Shown: positions 36,398-45,630 of the stretch, piece by piece
Position numbering within the stretch: the first letter of the stretch is position 1
Layout of the letters: each line of letters begins with the position of its first letter
Source: a virus
Lineage: Duplodnaviria > Caudoviricetes
Direction: 5' to 3' (one strand)
Length of the DNA stretch: 46,523 nt
Virus record (IMG/VR): IMGVR_UViG_3300037790_000021
Location: 1 to 46,523 of that record
Program-made: the position numbers and the translations under genes
The notes under the pieces: generated by a model
Database searches by the model: none
Seen by the model: only the letters and a program-made list of their open reading frames with translations
What the model was told of the DNA's origin: nothing

Positions 36398-36617
36398 CGC
36401 ATACAACAGGTTTCAGGCACTGATACCTAAATCTACCCGGTCAGTCGTGACCATTACTTCAAACAATGGTGACGGTACAAGTACAGCCACAACGTTAGGT
36501 GGTACGACAATAACAGTCAACGGTGAACAGGTGGCAGCAGGTAATAAGGCATTTGTTCAGAATGGCGAAGTAGTAAGGCAAGCACCTAGCTTGTCTGTAA
36601 CGGAATTAGCAATATGA
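36390..36617 (+). CDS. small tail tip protein
   Basis: MINAYNRFQALIP...GDGTS...GNKAFVQNG...QAP; position. Confidence 0.65.
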   Translation: MINAYNRFQALIPKSTRSVVTITSNNGDGTSTATTLGGTTITVNGEQVAAGNKAFVQNGEVVRQAPSLSVTELAI

Positions 36618-37102
36618 CACAGTTTTATTATGGTGTGAAAGACACCGACCATTTAGTGAACATGACCCGTAAGGTAGTAGCTGCGTTCGGTGGTGGCAGA
36701 AAGGCATTAGTTATCATGCTAGGAACGTGCGCCACTGAAACGCACTGTGCGCAATTTCCTGACCGTCACCCTGAAAAGCTAGGGGTAGGTGTGGGTCAAT
36801 GCGATAAAATAGCGCTACGTGACGTGAAGCTTCATATACGACCACATGACAGAACCACACTGCGTAGACTTGGTTATGATATTGAGAACGTGAAGCTGTC
36901 AGACCTAGCAGACGACCCATTGCTGGCACTGTGCATCATGCGACTAGTGTACAAGCGTAAGACTGAACCATTTCCGTCAAGCGACGATATACGCGGTCAA
37001 GGTGAGTATTGGAAGCAGCACTACAACACTTCCGCAGGTGCTGGTAGCGCACAGAAGTACGTAGACGACTTTATGCTTTACGTACCTTCTGAGTTCCAGT
37101 AG
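36614..37102 (+). CDS. putative endolysin (lysozyme/transglycosylase-like fold)
   Basis: MLGTCATET (catalytic Glu candidate), GVGVGQCD, EYWKQHYNTSAGAG. Confidence 0.7.
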   Translation: MTQFYYGVKDTDHLVNMTRKVVAAFGGGRKALVIMLGTCATETHCAQFPDRHPEKLGVGVGQCDKIALRDVKLHIRPHDRTTLRRLGYDIENVKLSDLADDPLLALCIMRLVYKRKTEPFPSSDDIRGQGEYWKQHYNTSAGAGSAQKYVDDFMLYVPSEFQ

Positions 37103-37416
37103 CGTTCAATCTGTCGGTGCACGTCAGGGCTGTAATAGGTCTTCGACAGCACCGACCACTGTTCATACGTCAGCGACAATTCTGCACCTGACTTCTTATA
37201 CTTAATCACAGCCTTGTACGGTAAATTCCTAAGACCTAAGAACCTAGAACCCGGTGTTTGCTTGCCTGTCACGGTCATGCTAAACGCACCCTTTGCGAAC
37301 AGTTCAGGCATTACAGCCTTAGCCATACTGCTGCGTTCTAGGTCTTCTCTTAGTTGCTGTGCCCGGTCTTGCTTTTCAGCAATCCGGGTCAGCACGTTCA
37401 TGGTGTTCTTATTCAT
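37078..37416 (-). CDS. hypothetical protein
   Basis: 112 aa, convergent with and overlapping the endolysin end. Confidence 0.65.
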   Translation of the reverse strand: MNKNTMNVLTRIAEKQDRAQQLREDLERSSMAKAVMPELFAKGAFSMTVTGKQTPGSRFLGLRNLPYKAVIKYKKSGAELSLTYEQWSVLSKTYYSPDVHRQIERYWNSEGT

Positions 37417-37619
37417 CAGTCACCTAGCCTTAGACAGTGAACGAATTCGATAGACTTGATGTATTGTATACCGTATTCGTTGTAAATATCGTTCTGGCAC
37501 TTGCGCTTTGCCATTTCACCACTGTTAGCGAGTGGGAATCTGTTGACAAGCTTGGTTCGCCCATCAACAGTATCGAAGGTCACACGTGCGCAGACGTGGT
37601 AGTCAGTGTAGCTACTCAT
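37416..37619 (-). CDS. hypothetical protein
   Basis: ATG at 37619 (MSSYTDY...) is coupled to the upstream stop. Confidence 0.6.
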   Translation of the reverse strand: MSSYTDYHVCARVTFDTVDGRTKLVNRFPLANSGEMAKRKCQNDIYNEYGIQYIKSIEFVHCLRLGD

Positions 37620-37845
37620 AGTACGCCTTAATTTCATCGAAGACTTTTTGAAGGTTAGCAGGGGTGATACGGTCACCGTCAAGGTGGAACATTACACCAC
37701 CAGCGTTAGTGCTGGTCATGGTTACGGTTGAGTACGTACCGTTAACGTTAGAAATTTGAAACGATGTTCTAGGGTCGTCAATTAGGCCAGTTAGTGCTTT
37801 GTATGACTCTTTAAGTTTTTTAACGTCTAGTTGCTTCAAGTACAT
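37612..37845 (-). CDS. hypothetical protein
   Basis: ATG at 37845 with AGGA RBS; the track start at 37878 overlaps the -10 box. Confidence 0.65.
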   Translation of the reverse strand: MYLKQLDVKKLKESYKALTGLIDDPRTSFQISNVNGTYSTVTMTSTNAGGVMFHLDGDRITPANLQKVFDEIKAYYE

Positions 37846-37873
37846 TTCGTAGTTCCTATCAGTGATTATGTGT

Positions 37874-37904
37874 ACCATTATAATAGTACTGTTGTAATAG
37901 TCAA
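37874..37904 (-). promoter_or_regulatory. sigma70 promoter with two tandem operators
   Basis: TTGACT-16-TATAAT; near-identical to 11555-11585. Confidence 0.75.
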
Positions 37905-37913
37905 GAGAAATGT

Positions 37914-37940
37914 AAAAAAAACCCGGTACAATGACCGGGT
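37914..37940 (-). terminator. intrinsic terminator
   Basis: ACCCGGT-loop-ACCGGGT with a U-tract on the minus strand. Confidence 0.8.
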
Positions 37941-37964
37941 AAAGGTTGCCTACGGGGTAGTGCC

Positions 37965-38324
37965 TTATTCTTCGTCTGCTTCGTCGTCTTCAGAAGAAGC
38001 GTCAATACTAATCTGAGTTGACGATTTTAGCAACTTAACCTTAACGTCTTCTTTTCGGTGCATGTGCTTCTGCAACTGCTGTGCAGCCAGTGTAGTAAAC
38101 GCAGCACGGTAACGTACCTCAACGTCACGACCTACGACCTTACCCTTTTCGGTAATCTCAGGTGTGTCAATAGCATCTACAATTTGTAGCGGTAGACTGT
38201 GTAACGTTACGGCAGTTTCAGTCTTAGCGCCAACCTCTAAACCTGCTTTCATACAGGCTTCACGAACGGTGTGTGCAATACCAGCAGTTGCACCTACAAT
38301 AGCAACGTAAATTAATTTACTCAT
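37965..38324 (-). CDS. hypothetical protein with acidic tail
   Basis: 119 aa; AAGGA RBS; bracketed by terminators. Confidence 0.7.
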   Translation of the reverse strand: MSKLIYVAIVGATAGIAHTVREACMKAGLEVGAKTETAVTLHSLPLQIVDAIDTPEITEKGKVVGRDVEVRYRAAFTTLAAQQLQKHMHRKEDVKVKLLKSSTQISIDASSEDDEADEE

Positions 38325-38389
38325 TAGTAAGTTTCCTTATGATCATATCGCTAACATTAGCGACTGTTACAATAGCACATTTCAGACAT

Positions 38390-38416
38390 AAAAAAACCCC
38401 GGTTGTTACACCGGGG
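38390..38416 (-). terminator. intrinsic terminator
   Basis: CCCCGGT-loop-ACCGGGG with a U-tract on the minus strand. Confidence 0.8.
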
Positions 38417-38461
38417 CTGGTGGCATCCATTACAGATTCAAAACCAACTAGGGTCACCGCG

Positions 38462-38650
38462 TCAATCATCAACCCTGACTAACTTATACACTGCGTGTAC
38501 TTCTCTGTCAAATCCGTACTCAGTAATAGTTACTTCCTGACGGTCACGTGCAGCGTTGAAAACTTTGGTCATGTTTCGACGCATATCAAGTAGACCTTCA
38601 ACGTTGGTAATCTGTTCGTCTGTGCGTGGCTTGCGTTTTTGTTCAGCCAT
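38462..38650 (-). CDS. small protein resembling a Phd/YefM DNA-binding domain
   Basis: GLLDMRRNMTKVFNAARDRQEVTITEYG...AVYKLV; GAGG RBS. Confidence 0.5.
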   Translation of the reverse strand: MAEQKRKPRTDEQITNVEGLLDMRRNMTKVFNAARDRQEVTITEYGFDREVHAVYKLVRVDD

Positions 38651-38699
38651 AATATTTTTCCTCTTAAAGTATTACAATAGTAGTATTTGAATAGTAACA

Positions 38700-40964
38700 C
38701 TATTGTAATAGCGGTACAACAAGTTTATTAGCTTCTTCAATGTAGTATTCTACATTTAGCGCATCCCAATCAAAATCAGATAGGTTATTACAGGGGTAAA
38801 CCTTGCACGTAGCTTCTAACCTTGTGCGCCTATCAGGGGCTTCCATACGTTCATGTGGTGGTACGGGCTTGTACTTGCCTGACGTTGGTTTTCTACCAGC
38901 GGCCTTGACCTCGTAAGCACCCGTAGTTTCATGCTTATAATGGTCACCAGTTCTGTACAATTCTATTTGTGCTGGTGTTGGTGGCATAACCTTAACGAGT
39001 TCACCACCGTCATAAGAAGCATAGTATCGTGTGATACGTTGCAGTTCAGTATCTACACCGTCTTGGTTCAGCACTATCATACTGTTACGATCACACTTAC
39101 TACGCATACAGAATAGTTCAATGCTTTCACTATTACCATAGTGCTTTAGTATAAACTGTTCCACTGGTGTATCGTGCAGTAGGGCAGCTTCCGCAGCCAT
39201 TGCAACAATGCGGTAGTTGAAGTTCTTATGCCACTGACCTGTTTCAGCCAAGTTGTACTCATACGCACCCTTGTACTTAACTTCACCCTTATTATCAACG
39301 GCAATGTAGTTGTTAACGTCACGTATGTACATGGCCTGATATTCAACGTCTTCTAGTTCAAGCCCCTGACTCATTTGTTCCCACCAGCGACACAGGTTCA
39401 TGGTGTGCTGCACGTAATCGTTCGGGCATAGGTAGGTAACACCGTCAGTATTTATCTGAACCAATGACAAGCCCGGTACTTTCAGAAGGTGTTCAGCCAG
39501 CATACACAGCAATAGTTGACCGTTTAACGTTATGGTAATGGTGTATTTTGGGTCGTACAGGAATGAATATTGACTGTTACTATTACCATACGCAGAGTTC
39601 AGGCACAGTTTGATAGCCTTGTTCAGCTTAGGGAACTTCTTCTTAGGGTACTCATTCTGGCGCATCTGGTACATGGCGAAGTACGTGTCACAGAACGGTA
39701 GACCAAGGTGTTCAGGGAACAGGTTATTTTTGATACCAAGGTTAGGGTAATAGCTGGCAACGTCAACGTCGATAAGCTTGTGCGTGGTTGTGGTCTTAAC
39801 GATACTGGATGATATTGAACCGTGAATACCACCTGTACCGAAGTCAAACTGAAAACCGTCAACGACACAGTGCAAGTGTTCTGCTATGAAGACGCAGCCA
39901 GCCAGTGATTCACCGGGCGGCACAAGTGACAGCTTAACCTTCGCACCTTTACGCAGCTTCATTTGACGCAACACTTCTTCTGCTAGACCGTGCACAATCA
40001 CTTCGTCAGGGTTCATGTACTGTGCAAGTTCCCACGGTACGTCAATGTCGTTCAGTGCTTCCTTCGTCTTCTCTACGGTGGTGTTTTTCAGCCAGTTAAG
40101 CACCGCGTTAAACTCAGGTCGTTCGAACTGCACGTAAGGAAATATACACTCATTGAAGTCTATGTAATTTCTGAACGTTTTCTTGTCTACAGGTAGGCCA
40201 GCTTCTTTCAGCTTAATCTTGAATATGTCACCACCGATTTTAGATTCACTGGCGTTCGTAAAGTCGTGGTCAAACTTCACCGCTAGTTCTTTACGCAGGT
40301 CAATGGCTTCTGTGTTGTGGGCAAGGAACAGCAACGTTGCAGCTACGTCATGCCAGTTATACAGGTACATTTCGTCACGGTCTTGTAACGTTATGAGTTG
40401 CCCCGGCTTAATGGGTAGTTCCTGTATGTTTTCCATACCCATATTGTTTTCAAGCATTTTAAGGCTGGTGGACTTCGCAACGTTGTCGTAGTGATTAATC
40501 TTGAACAAGTCAATCTGCTTCACAAATTGGTCACGACCCCATATTACGTGTTTGAACCGTTCGTCAAAGGGTGCACCGAATATAGATTCAACCTTTGCGT
40601 AAATCATTTCGTTAGTCAGACCGTAGGGTATACGCTTGAATACAAAGTCTACTACAGGCCAGTCAAAGTGTTGGTTGTTATACCCCACCATTTCTGCGCC
40701 ATAGTGGTTCAGGTAGTACAGGAACGCTTCTAACTCTTTCATGTTGTTGTACCACGGTGACAACTCGAAGTAGTAACACTGTAGGGTCTTGGCGTTGACT
40801 ATGGCTAACGAAAAAAAATTAGGGTACGTTTCTATGTCGTATACCCATAGCTGGTCGTGTGCCCATTCCTGTAGCTTCTCAATGGTACTGGTGAACTTAG
40901 GGAACAGTGATTTATCTATCGGGCGCATAACCAAGTGCCCCCTTTGCGGCTTCGTATAGTTCAT
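38700..40964 (-). CDS. DNA polymerase, family B
   Basis: Exo motifs YDIET, GYNNQHFD and YNWHDV; polymerase motifs DVDVASYYPN, KLCLNSAYG, QINTDG and KYKG. Confidence 0.92.
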   Translation of the reverse strand: MNYTKPQRGHLVMRPIDKSLFPKFTSTIEKLQEWAHDQLWVYDIETYPNFFSLAIVNAKTLQCYYFELSPWYNNMKELEAFLYYLNHYGAEMVGYNNQHFDWPVVDFVFKRIPYGLTNEMIYAKVESIFGAPFDERFKHVIWGRDQFVKQIDLFKINHYDNVAKSTSLKMLENNMGMENIQELPIKPGQLITLQDRDEMYLYNWHDVAATLLFLAHNTEAIDLRKELAVKFDHDFTNASESKIGGDIFKIKLKEAGLPVDKKTFRNYIDFNECIFPYVQFERPEFNAVLNWLKNTTVEKTKEALNDIDVPWELAQYMNPDEVIVHGLAEEVLRQMKLRKGAKVKLSLVPPGESLAGCVFIAEHLHCVVDGFQFDFGTGGIHGSISSSIVKTTTTHKLIDVDVASYYPNLGIKNNLFPEHLGLPFCDTYFAMYQMRQNEYPKKKFPKLNKAIKLCLNSAYGNSNSQYSFLYDPKYTITITLNGQLLLCMLAEHLLKVPGLSLVQINTDGVTYLCPNDYVQHTMNLCRWWEQMSQGLELEDVEYQAMYIRDVNNYIAVDNKGEVKYKGAYEYNLAETGQWHKNFNYRIVAMAAEAALLHDTPVEQFILKHYGNSESIELFCMRSKCDRNSMIVLNQDGVDTELQRITRYYASYDGGELVKVMPPTPAQIELYRTGDHYKHETTGAYEVKAAGRKPTSGKYKPVPPHERMEAPDRRTRLEATCKVYPCNNLSDFDWDALNVEYYIEEANKLVVPLLQ

Positions 40965-41208
40965 GGTCTTCTGTCAGCAGCGTGCGCAGAAAGTCGTCAG
41001 GCATCAGCTTTAAGTACTCAGTCAGCAGTGCAGTACCTTCAACCGTGTCAAGCCATTCCATCAGTGACGCACCGTTAGTAGCTGTGTTGTTCACCAGCTT
41101 ACCAATGTCGTCAGCACTGACTTCAACGTTAGCACTGTCACAACTGACAGTAGCTTCGTTAGGTGCATACTCAACAGCACCCCTTATCTTCAAATGTAAA
41201 TCAAGCAT
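40912..41208 (-). CDS. hypothetical protein
   Basis: 98 aa between helicase and polymerase. Confidence 0.6.
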   Translation of the reverse strand: MLDLHLKIRGAVEYAPNEATVSCDSANVEVSADDIGKLVNNTATNGASLMEWLDTVEGTALLTEYLKLMPDDFLRTLLTEDHELYEAAKGALGYAPDR

Positions 41209-42886
41209 TTTCTATTTTTTCCCGTAGTTCATTGGCTTCACGCTCACCTAAGATTGCAGCTTTCATAGGGTGAACACCGAATTCAATTTCAAATTCACGC
41301 TGCACAGTTTCTTTAGTTGCAGTTGCGTACAGCTTGTACCTCAACATGCACCATCTGTGTATGCTGTCACGTAATACGGTCTGCGCATTTAACCGCTTGG
41401 TATGGTTGGCAATCGCAGAGTTACGTACAACAGGTGGTGCATTCTTCATAAAGTGTTTGAGTTCAGCAGGGTCTTTATCCACCTTTTCACGCTCTTGCAT
41501 GATTTTCTCAACAACGTCAATGCTCAGTTCAACAAGGTTACCTTCCTTCGCCTGAAACTTTTTAAGCTGGTCAATTTCTTCTTCTTTAGTTTCTTTATGG
41601 TGACATTCAGGGCATACGTGTTCGGTGGTGCTGGTGGGTGTGTAACGTGCAAAGCATTCAGGGCATACGCGTGTGATAAGGCGTGACTGGCCTGTACCTG
41701 TGCGCTTTTTGGTAGGACGGTCTAACGTCCATTCAGGGTCGTCGTGTGGGTAGTTAAGATTGTACTTATCCATCATCCATTCAACGTTGCCCACATGGTC
41801 AATGAGAATACCGAAAAGCTTACCGTCAATTACACGTAACGCACGACCAAACTGTTGCTTGAACAGTGAGTATGATTCTGTCTTGCGCAGCATGATTACA
41901 CACTCTACGGCAGGTACGTCAAAACCTTCACCGAACAGATCACAGTTGACCAGAATAGTTATGCGACCATTGCGAAAATCGTCAACTATTTTGTTACGTT
42001 CAGCAGGTTTGGTTTTACTAGATACCGATACAGCGTTGTAGCCAGCCTTGCGAAACTGTTCAGCAACGTGGTCACTGTGCGCTATGTTTACCGTGAATAT
42101 AATGGTCTGCTTGTTGTGGGCAAGTCGCTGGTAATGCTTTACTGCGTCACCTGTTATTTCTGCCCGGTCTGTTGCTTTGGCTAGTTGGTTCTGGTTAAAG
42201 TCACCTGATGAAGTAACCCTAACGTTAGACATATCAATCTTAGGGGGTGGCGTGAATACCTTGTACGTCGATAACCTACCAGCAATCATAAGGTCGTGCA
42301 TGGTGGCGTTGATTTCGCGGTCAGTAATAAGCCTGTCAAACACACCGTCTACGTGACGACCAAGACCTTTTTTATCAGCCCTGATAGGTGTTGCAGTTAC
42401 ACCCAAACCACGTGCGTTAATCAACGGGTCGATACACTTATGCCACTTACTAGAATCTAGTAGGTGGTGTGTTTCGTCCATTAGCCATAACGTTACGTGT
42501 TCAGCCAGTGTGCTTATATCTCTACGGTAGAACGTGTCAACGCTGCACACAAATACACGTGCGCGTTCGTTGTAGAATGACCTGCCGTGCACACTCACCT
42601 GTCTGTTACAAATATCTCTACGGGTAGCGTTGCTAGTCATAAAGTTGTGTTCTATACCGAACGCACATAGCGCTAGGCTAATCTGTTCAAGCAGAACGTC
42701 ACGGTGTGCAAACAACAGGCAAAGGCCACCACGTGCTAATTCACGTCTGACCATTTCACCTTTCAGTATTGTTTTACCTGCACCCGTTGGTAGAACACTG
42801 CAAACGTTAACCTCGTTATCCATGTACCACGCTTTTTCAATGGCGGCAGCAGCTTTAGTTTGATGTTCAAAAAGGGTTATTGCCAT
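41201..42886 (-). CDS. superfamily 2 (DExH) helicase with C-terminal Zn finger
   Basis: LPTGAGKT, DETHH, TATP, GEGFDVP, QQFGRALR, IDHVGN, CPEC twice. Confidence 0.93.
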   Translation of the reverse strand: MAITLFEHQTKAAAAIEKAWYMDNEVNVCSVLPTGAGKTILKGEMVRRELARGGLCLLFAHRDVLLEQISLALCAFGIEHNFMTSNATRRDICNRQVSVHGRSFYNERARVFVCSVDTFYRRDISTLAEHVTLWLMDETHHLLDSSKWHKCIDPLINARGLGVTATPIRADKKGLGRHVDGVFDRLITDREINATMHDLMIAGRLSTYKVFTPPPKIDMSNVRVTSSGDFNQNQLAKATDRAEITGDAVKHYQRLAHNKQTIIFTVNIAHSDHVAEQFRKAGYNAVSVSSKTKPAERNKIVDDFRNGRITILVNCDLFGEGFDVPAVECVIMLRKTESYSLFKQQFGRALRVIDGKLFGILIDHVGNVEWMMDKYNLNYPHDDPEWTLDRPTKKRTGTGQSRLITRVCPECFARYTPTSTTEHVCPECHHKETKEEEIDQLKKFQAKEGNLVELSIDVVEKIMQEREKVDKDPAELKHFMKNAPPVVRNSAIANHTKRLNAQTVLRDSIHRWCMLRYKLYATATKETVQREFEIEFGVHPMKAAILGEREANELREKIENA

Positions 42887-43155
42887 AACATACCTGTTAA
42901 ATAGTCTGCGTCTAAGTTGTAGTACTTACTTTGAATCCCACCGGGGCGATATAGTGTTGCTGGTGGTGGGAAGGGTTTGAATAGTAGCGCAGGGTGCGTG
43001 CGTAATGCAAAATCTAAATGTGCACCTATAAGGTAATCTTCCTGTAGGCATTTAGCTGCACGTTCTGCGTACCTAATAGCTACGTGTAACTGTTCCTTGG
43101 TTTGAACGCTGTGCACTACTTTTCTTAACTTGTCGAAAATTATATTTTTATCCAT
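42877..43155 (-). CDS. hypothetical protein
   Basis: ATG at 43155 after AAGGA; the track start at 43191 overlaps the -10 box. Confidence 0.6.
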   Translation of the reverse strand: MDKNIIFDKLRKVVHSVQTKEQLHVAIRYAERAAKCLQEDYLIGAHLDFALRTHPALLFKPFPPPATLYRPGGIQSKYYNLDADYLTGMLWQ

Positions 43156-43186
43156 TATGCTGTCATTCCTTCGCTGTTTGAGTGAT

Positions 43187-43264
43187 ACCATTATAACAGT
43201 GATAATTTTGTAATATCAAATTTTATTTTTTACTTGCAATAGTGAAATTCACTGTTATAGTAGT
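43187..43264. promoter_or_regulatory. divergent promoters with operators
   Basis: Leftward TTGATA..TATAAT with ACCATTATAACAGT; rightward TTGCAA..TATAGT with ACTGTTATAGTAGT. Confidence 0.6.
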
Positions 43265-43305
43265 TCACGTCAACTAGACATTAACACAGCAAAAGAGGTA
43301 ACAAC

Positions 43306-43452
43306 ATGCGTGAAGCAAATGAGATTAGTAACAAGCGTGACGAAGTGCACGAAAACGACGACAGCAAATACCCCGGTATGACATACGAACAGGGTATTGC
43401 TGACGCATTGGATTGGGTACTTGACGCTGACAGTGAAGACCTAGAAGTTTAA
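43306..43452 (+). CDS. small acidic protein (48 aa, not in ORF track)
   Basis: MREANEISNKRDEVHENDDSKYPGMTYEQGIADALDWVLDADSEDLEV; GAGGT RBS. Confidence 0.7.
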   Translation: MREANEISNKRDEVHENDDSKYPGMTYEQGIADALDWVLDADSEDLEV

Positions 43453-43481
43453 TTTTAATCAACCAACTGGAAATACAAAAA

Positions 43482-44468
43482 ATGGAAAAAGGTATTTTAG
43501 AAAGAATCGAAGCCAAGCTTGACGCACTATCAGAAGCGTTTGCTAAAGCTGGTGTTACCGCGTCAACTGTTGCAGAAGCAACAACCCCTTTAGTACAAGC
43601 TGCACCGCTACCACCAGCGGCACAAGCAGACCCAAAAGAGTCAGTGCCACCAGCCCCTGCGTCTGCCCCTATTGTGGAAGAAACAGCTACTACTACCCCG
43701 GTGGTGGACACAAATGTAGAACTTGACACTGACGGTGTGCCGTGGGATGAACGCATTCACAGCAGCAACCAGAAGCGTACTAAGGGCGGCAAAGGTGTAT
43801 GGCAGAAGCGTAAAGGTTTGCCAGCAGGTAAGTACGAAGAAATTACTGCTGAACTGAAAGCGAAGTACGCGGGAAACTCTGTAACGCCTGTAAATGGCTC
43901 GGTTGGCGAAAGTGCCCCGGCAGCTACAACACAGGCCAGTGCGCCCGAAACCTCAAATTCAGCAGGTGCACCACCACCACCAGCAGGTAAAAGCACACCC
44001 CCACCACCAGCGGCAGCGTCAGCAGGTGCACCACCACCACCAGCAGGTAAAGGGGCTGAAACTGCTACAGCAGCCGAAGTACCAAGTCGTCGCAAAGCGA
44101 TTGATGCGATTAATGACCTCACTAAAAAATACTCAGTGAACTATGACGCTATCACTCAGTACTTCATCGACAACTATAACGTTAGTGGTTTTGACCAGAT
44201 TCCACCTGAGAAGTTTGAGTTCGTAGCGGAAGACGTATCTGCGTGGGCTGCAACAATGGTAGACATTGGCACTAAGGTCGCTGACATTAAGAAAGTGTAT
44301 GTAAATGACGTGTCTGTTATAGAACCGTATATTGCACAATGTTGGGCAAATGCGACACTAGACGGTGCACCTTGTTTGAATCACACTGACGTACCGTTCG
44401 ACCAGCTTGAAAAGGTTACTAAACCGCTTGCTGACCTTCACGCTCAGTGTACTGCTGTAGAAGGTTAA
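43482..44468 (+). CDS. Pro/Ala-rich hypothetical protein of the DUF2800/DUF2815 replication module
   Basis: DTDGVPWDERIHS...GVWQKRKG motif; AGAPPPPAGK repeats. Confidence 0.75.
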   Translation: MEKGILERIEAKLDALSEAFAKAGVTASTVAEATTPLVQAAPLPPAAQADPKESVPPAPASAPIVEETATTTPVVDTNVELDTDGVPWDERIHSSNQKRTKGGKGVWQKRKGLPAGKYEEITAELKAKYAGNSVTPVNGSVGESAPAATTQASAPETSNSAGAPPPPAGKSTPPPPAAASAGAPPPPAGKGAETATAAEVPSRRKAIDAINDLTKKYSVNYDAITQYFIDNYNVSGFDQIPPEKFEFVAEDVSAWAATMVDIGTKVADIKKVYVNDVSVIEPYIAQCWANATLDGAPCLNHTDVPFDQLEKVTKPLADLHAQCTAVEG

Positions 44469-44472
44469 CACC

Positions 44473-45618
44473 ATGCAACATAGTCGTTTTGGGGCTTCAC
44501 GTATCGCAGTTGTTTTAGCCTGTCCGGGCTTTAACAACGCTACGCTGGAACACGATTTATCTGTAGATGATTTGTCACTTGACCAAGCATCAGCAGAACT
44601 AGGTCGTGCGGCACACGAAGCTTCCGAACACTGCTTGAAGTTGGGTATCAACCCGGAAGATGCAGTTGGTTCGGAATTTAACGACCATGTTGTAGACGAA
44701 GTAATGGCTGAACAGATCACAGTCTACACCAACCACATACGTTCGCTGCGATTGCAGAACCCTAACGCTAAAAGCTTGATTGAAGCACAGTTGTTTATGA
44801 GTTCTGTAGCACCTGACGTGTGGGGTTGGGCTGACCACCTTATGATAGCTGGTGATACGCTTTATGTTGACGACCTAAAATACGGCTTCGTAGTCGTTAA
44901 TGAAGAAGATAACGCACAGTGCGCCCACTACGCAGTGAGTGCATTAGATACCTTCAAATTATGGTTTAAAATAAAGCGTGTCGTCTGTACTATCATTCAG
45001 CCACGTGCTGACCATGTTCAGGGTAGTGTTCGAACTGTAGAATACACCATTGATGAATTGGCAGCGTGGCGTGATAAGTTCGTAACGGGCATTGCAGCAG
45101 CGAGAAAAAAAGATGCACCGCGTAAAGCTGGTGAACATTGTCGCTACTGCCCTGCACGTGCCACTTGTCGTCAACGCATGATTCGTACTGTGTTCAAGGC
45201 TTCACTTGACGCACCGCTAAAGACTTGTAGCGACGAAGAACTTGAAGCCTTGCTGCGAGAAATACCAACGATTCGTAAGCACTTAGAAGCTGTTGAAGAA
45301 CACGCTACCTTACTGGCAAGGGGTGGTAAGTTGTTTAACGATTTTAAACTTGTAAAGTCGCGTGTACACGCGGTTGTAAATGACGAAAAAGCGTTCATTA
45401 AACTTATGGAAGAAAAGGGTGTGCCACAGCATGAACTTTATCATCCGGGTAGAATGAAGGGTAAGACCGCTTTACGTCCTGTGTTGGAAAAGAAAGGTGT
45501 AGACGTGAATGACCATTTCACCACACCGAACGCACCAACAAAACTTGTACCAATTACACATTCGTCAACAGCAGTTAGCCGAACTGCACGTGGCGTATTC
45601 AAACCAATAAAAGATTAA
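44473..45618 (+). CDS. DUF2800-family Cas4-like PD-(D/E)XK exonuclease
   Basis: HSRFGAS...CPG, GRAAH, WGWAD, DLKYG, NAQ..HYA, IIQPR, GEHCRYCPARATC. Confidence 0.88.
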   Translation: MQHSRFGASRIAVVLACPGFNNATLEHDLSVDDLSLDQASAELGRAAHEASEHCLKLGINPEDAVGSEFNDHVVDEVMAEQITVYTNHIRSLRLQNPNAKSLIEAQLFMSSVAPDVWGWADHLMIAGDTLYVDDLKYGFVVVNEEDNAQCAHYAVSALDTFKLWFKIKRVVCTIIQPRADHVQGSVRTVEYTIDELAAWRDKFVTGIAAARKKDAPRKAGEHCRYCPARATCRQRMIRTVFKASLDAPLKTCSDEELEALLREIPTIRKHLEAVEEHATLLARGGKLFNDFKLVKSRVHAVVNDEKAFIKLMEEKGVPQHELYHPGRMKGKTALRPVLEKKGVDVNDHFTTPNAPTKLVPITHSSTAVSRTARGVFKPIKD

Positions 45619-45630
45619 GGAAGTAATCAA

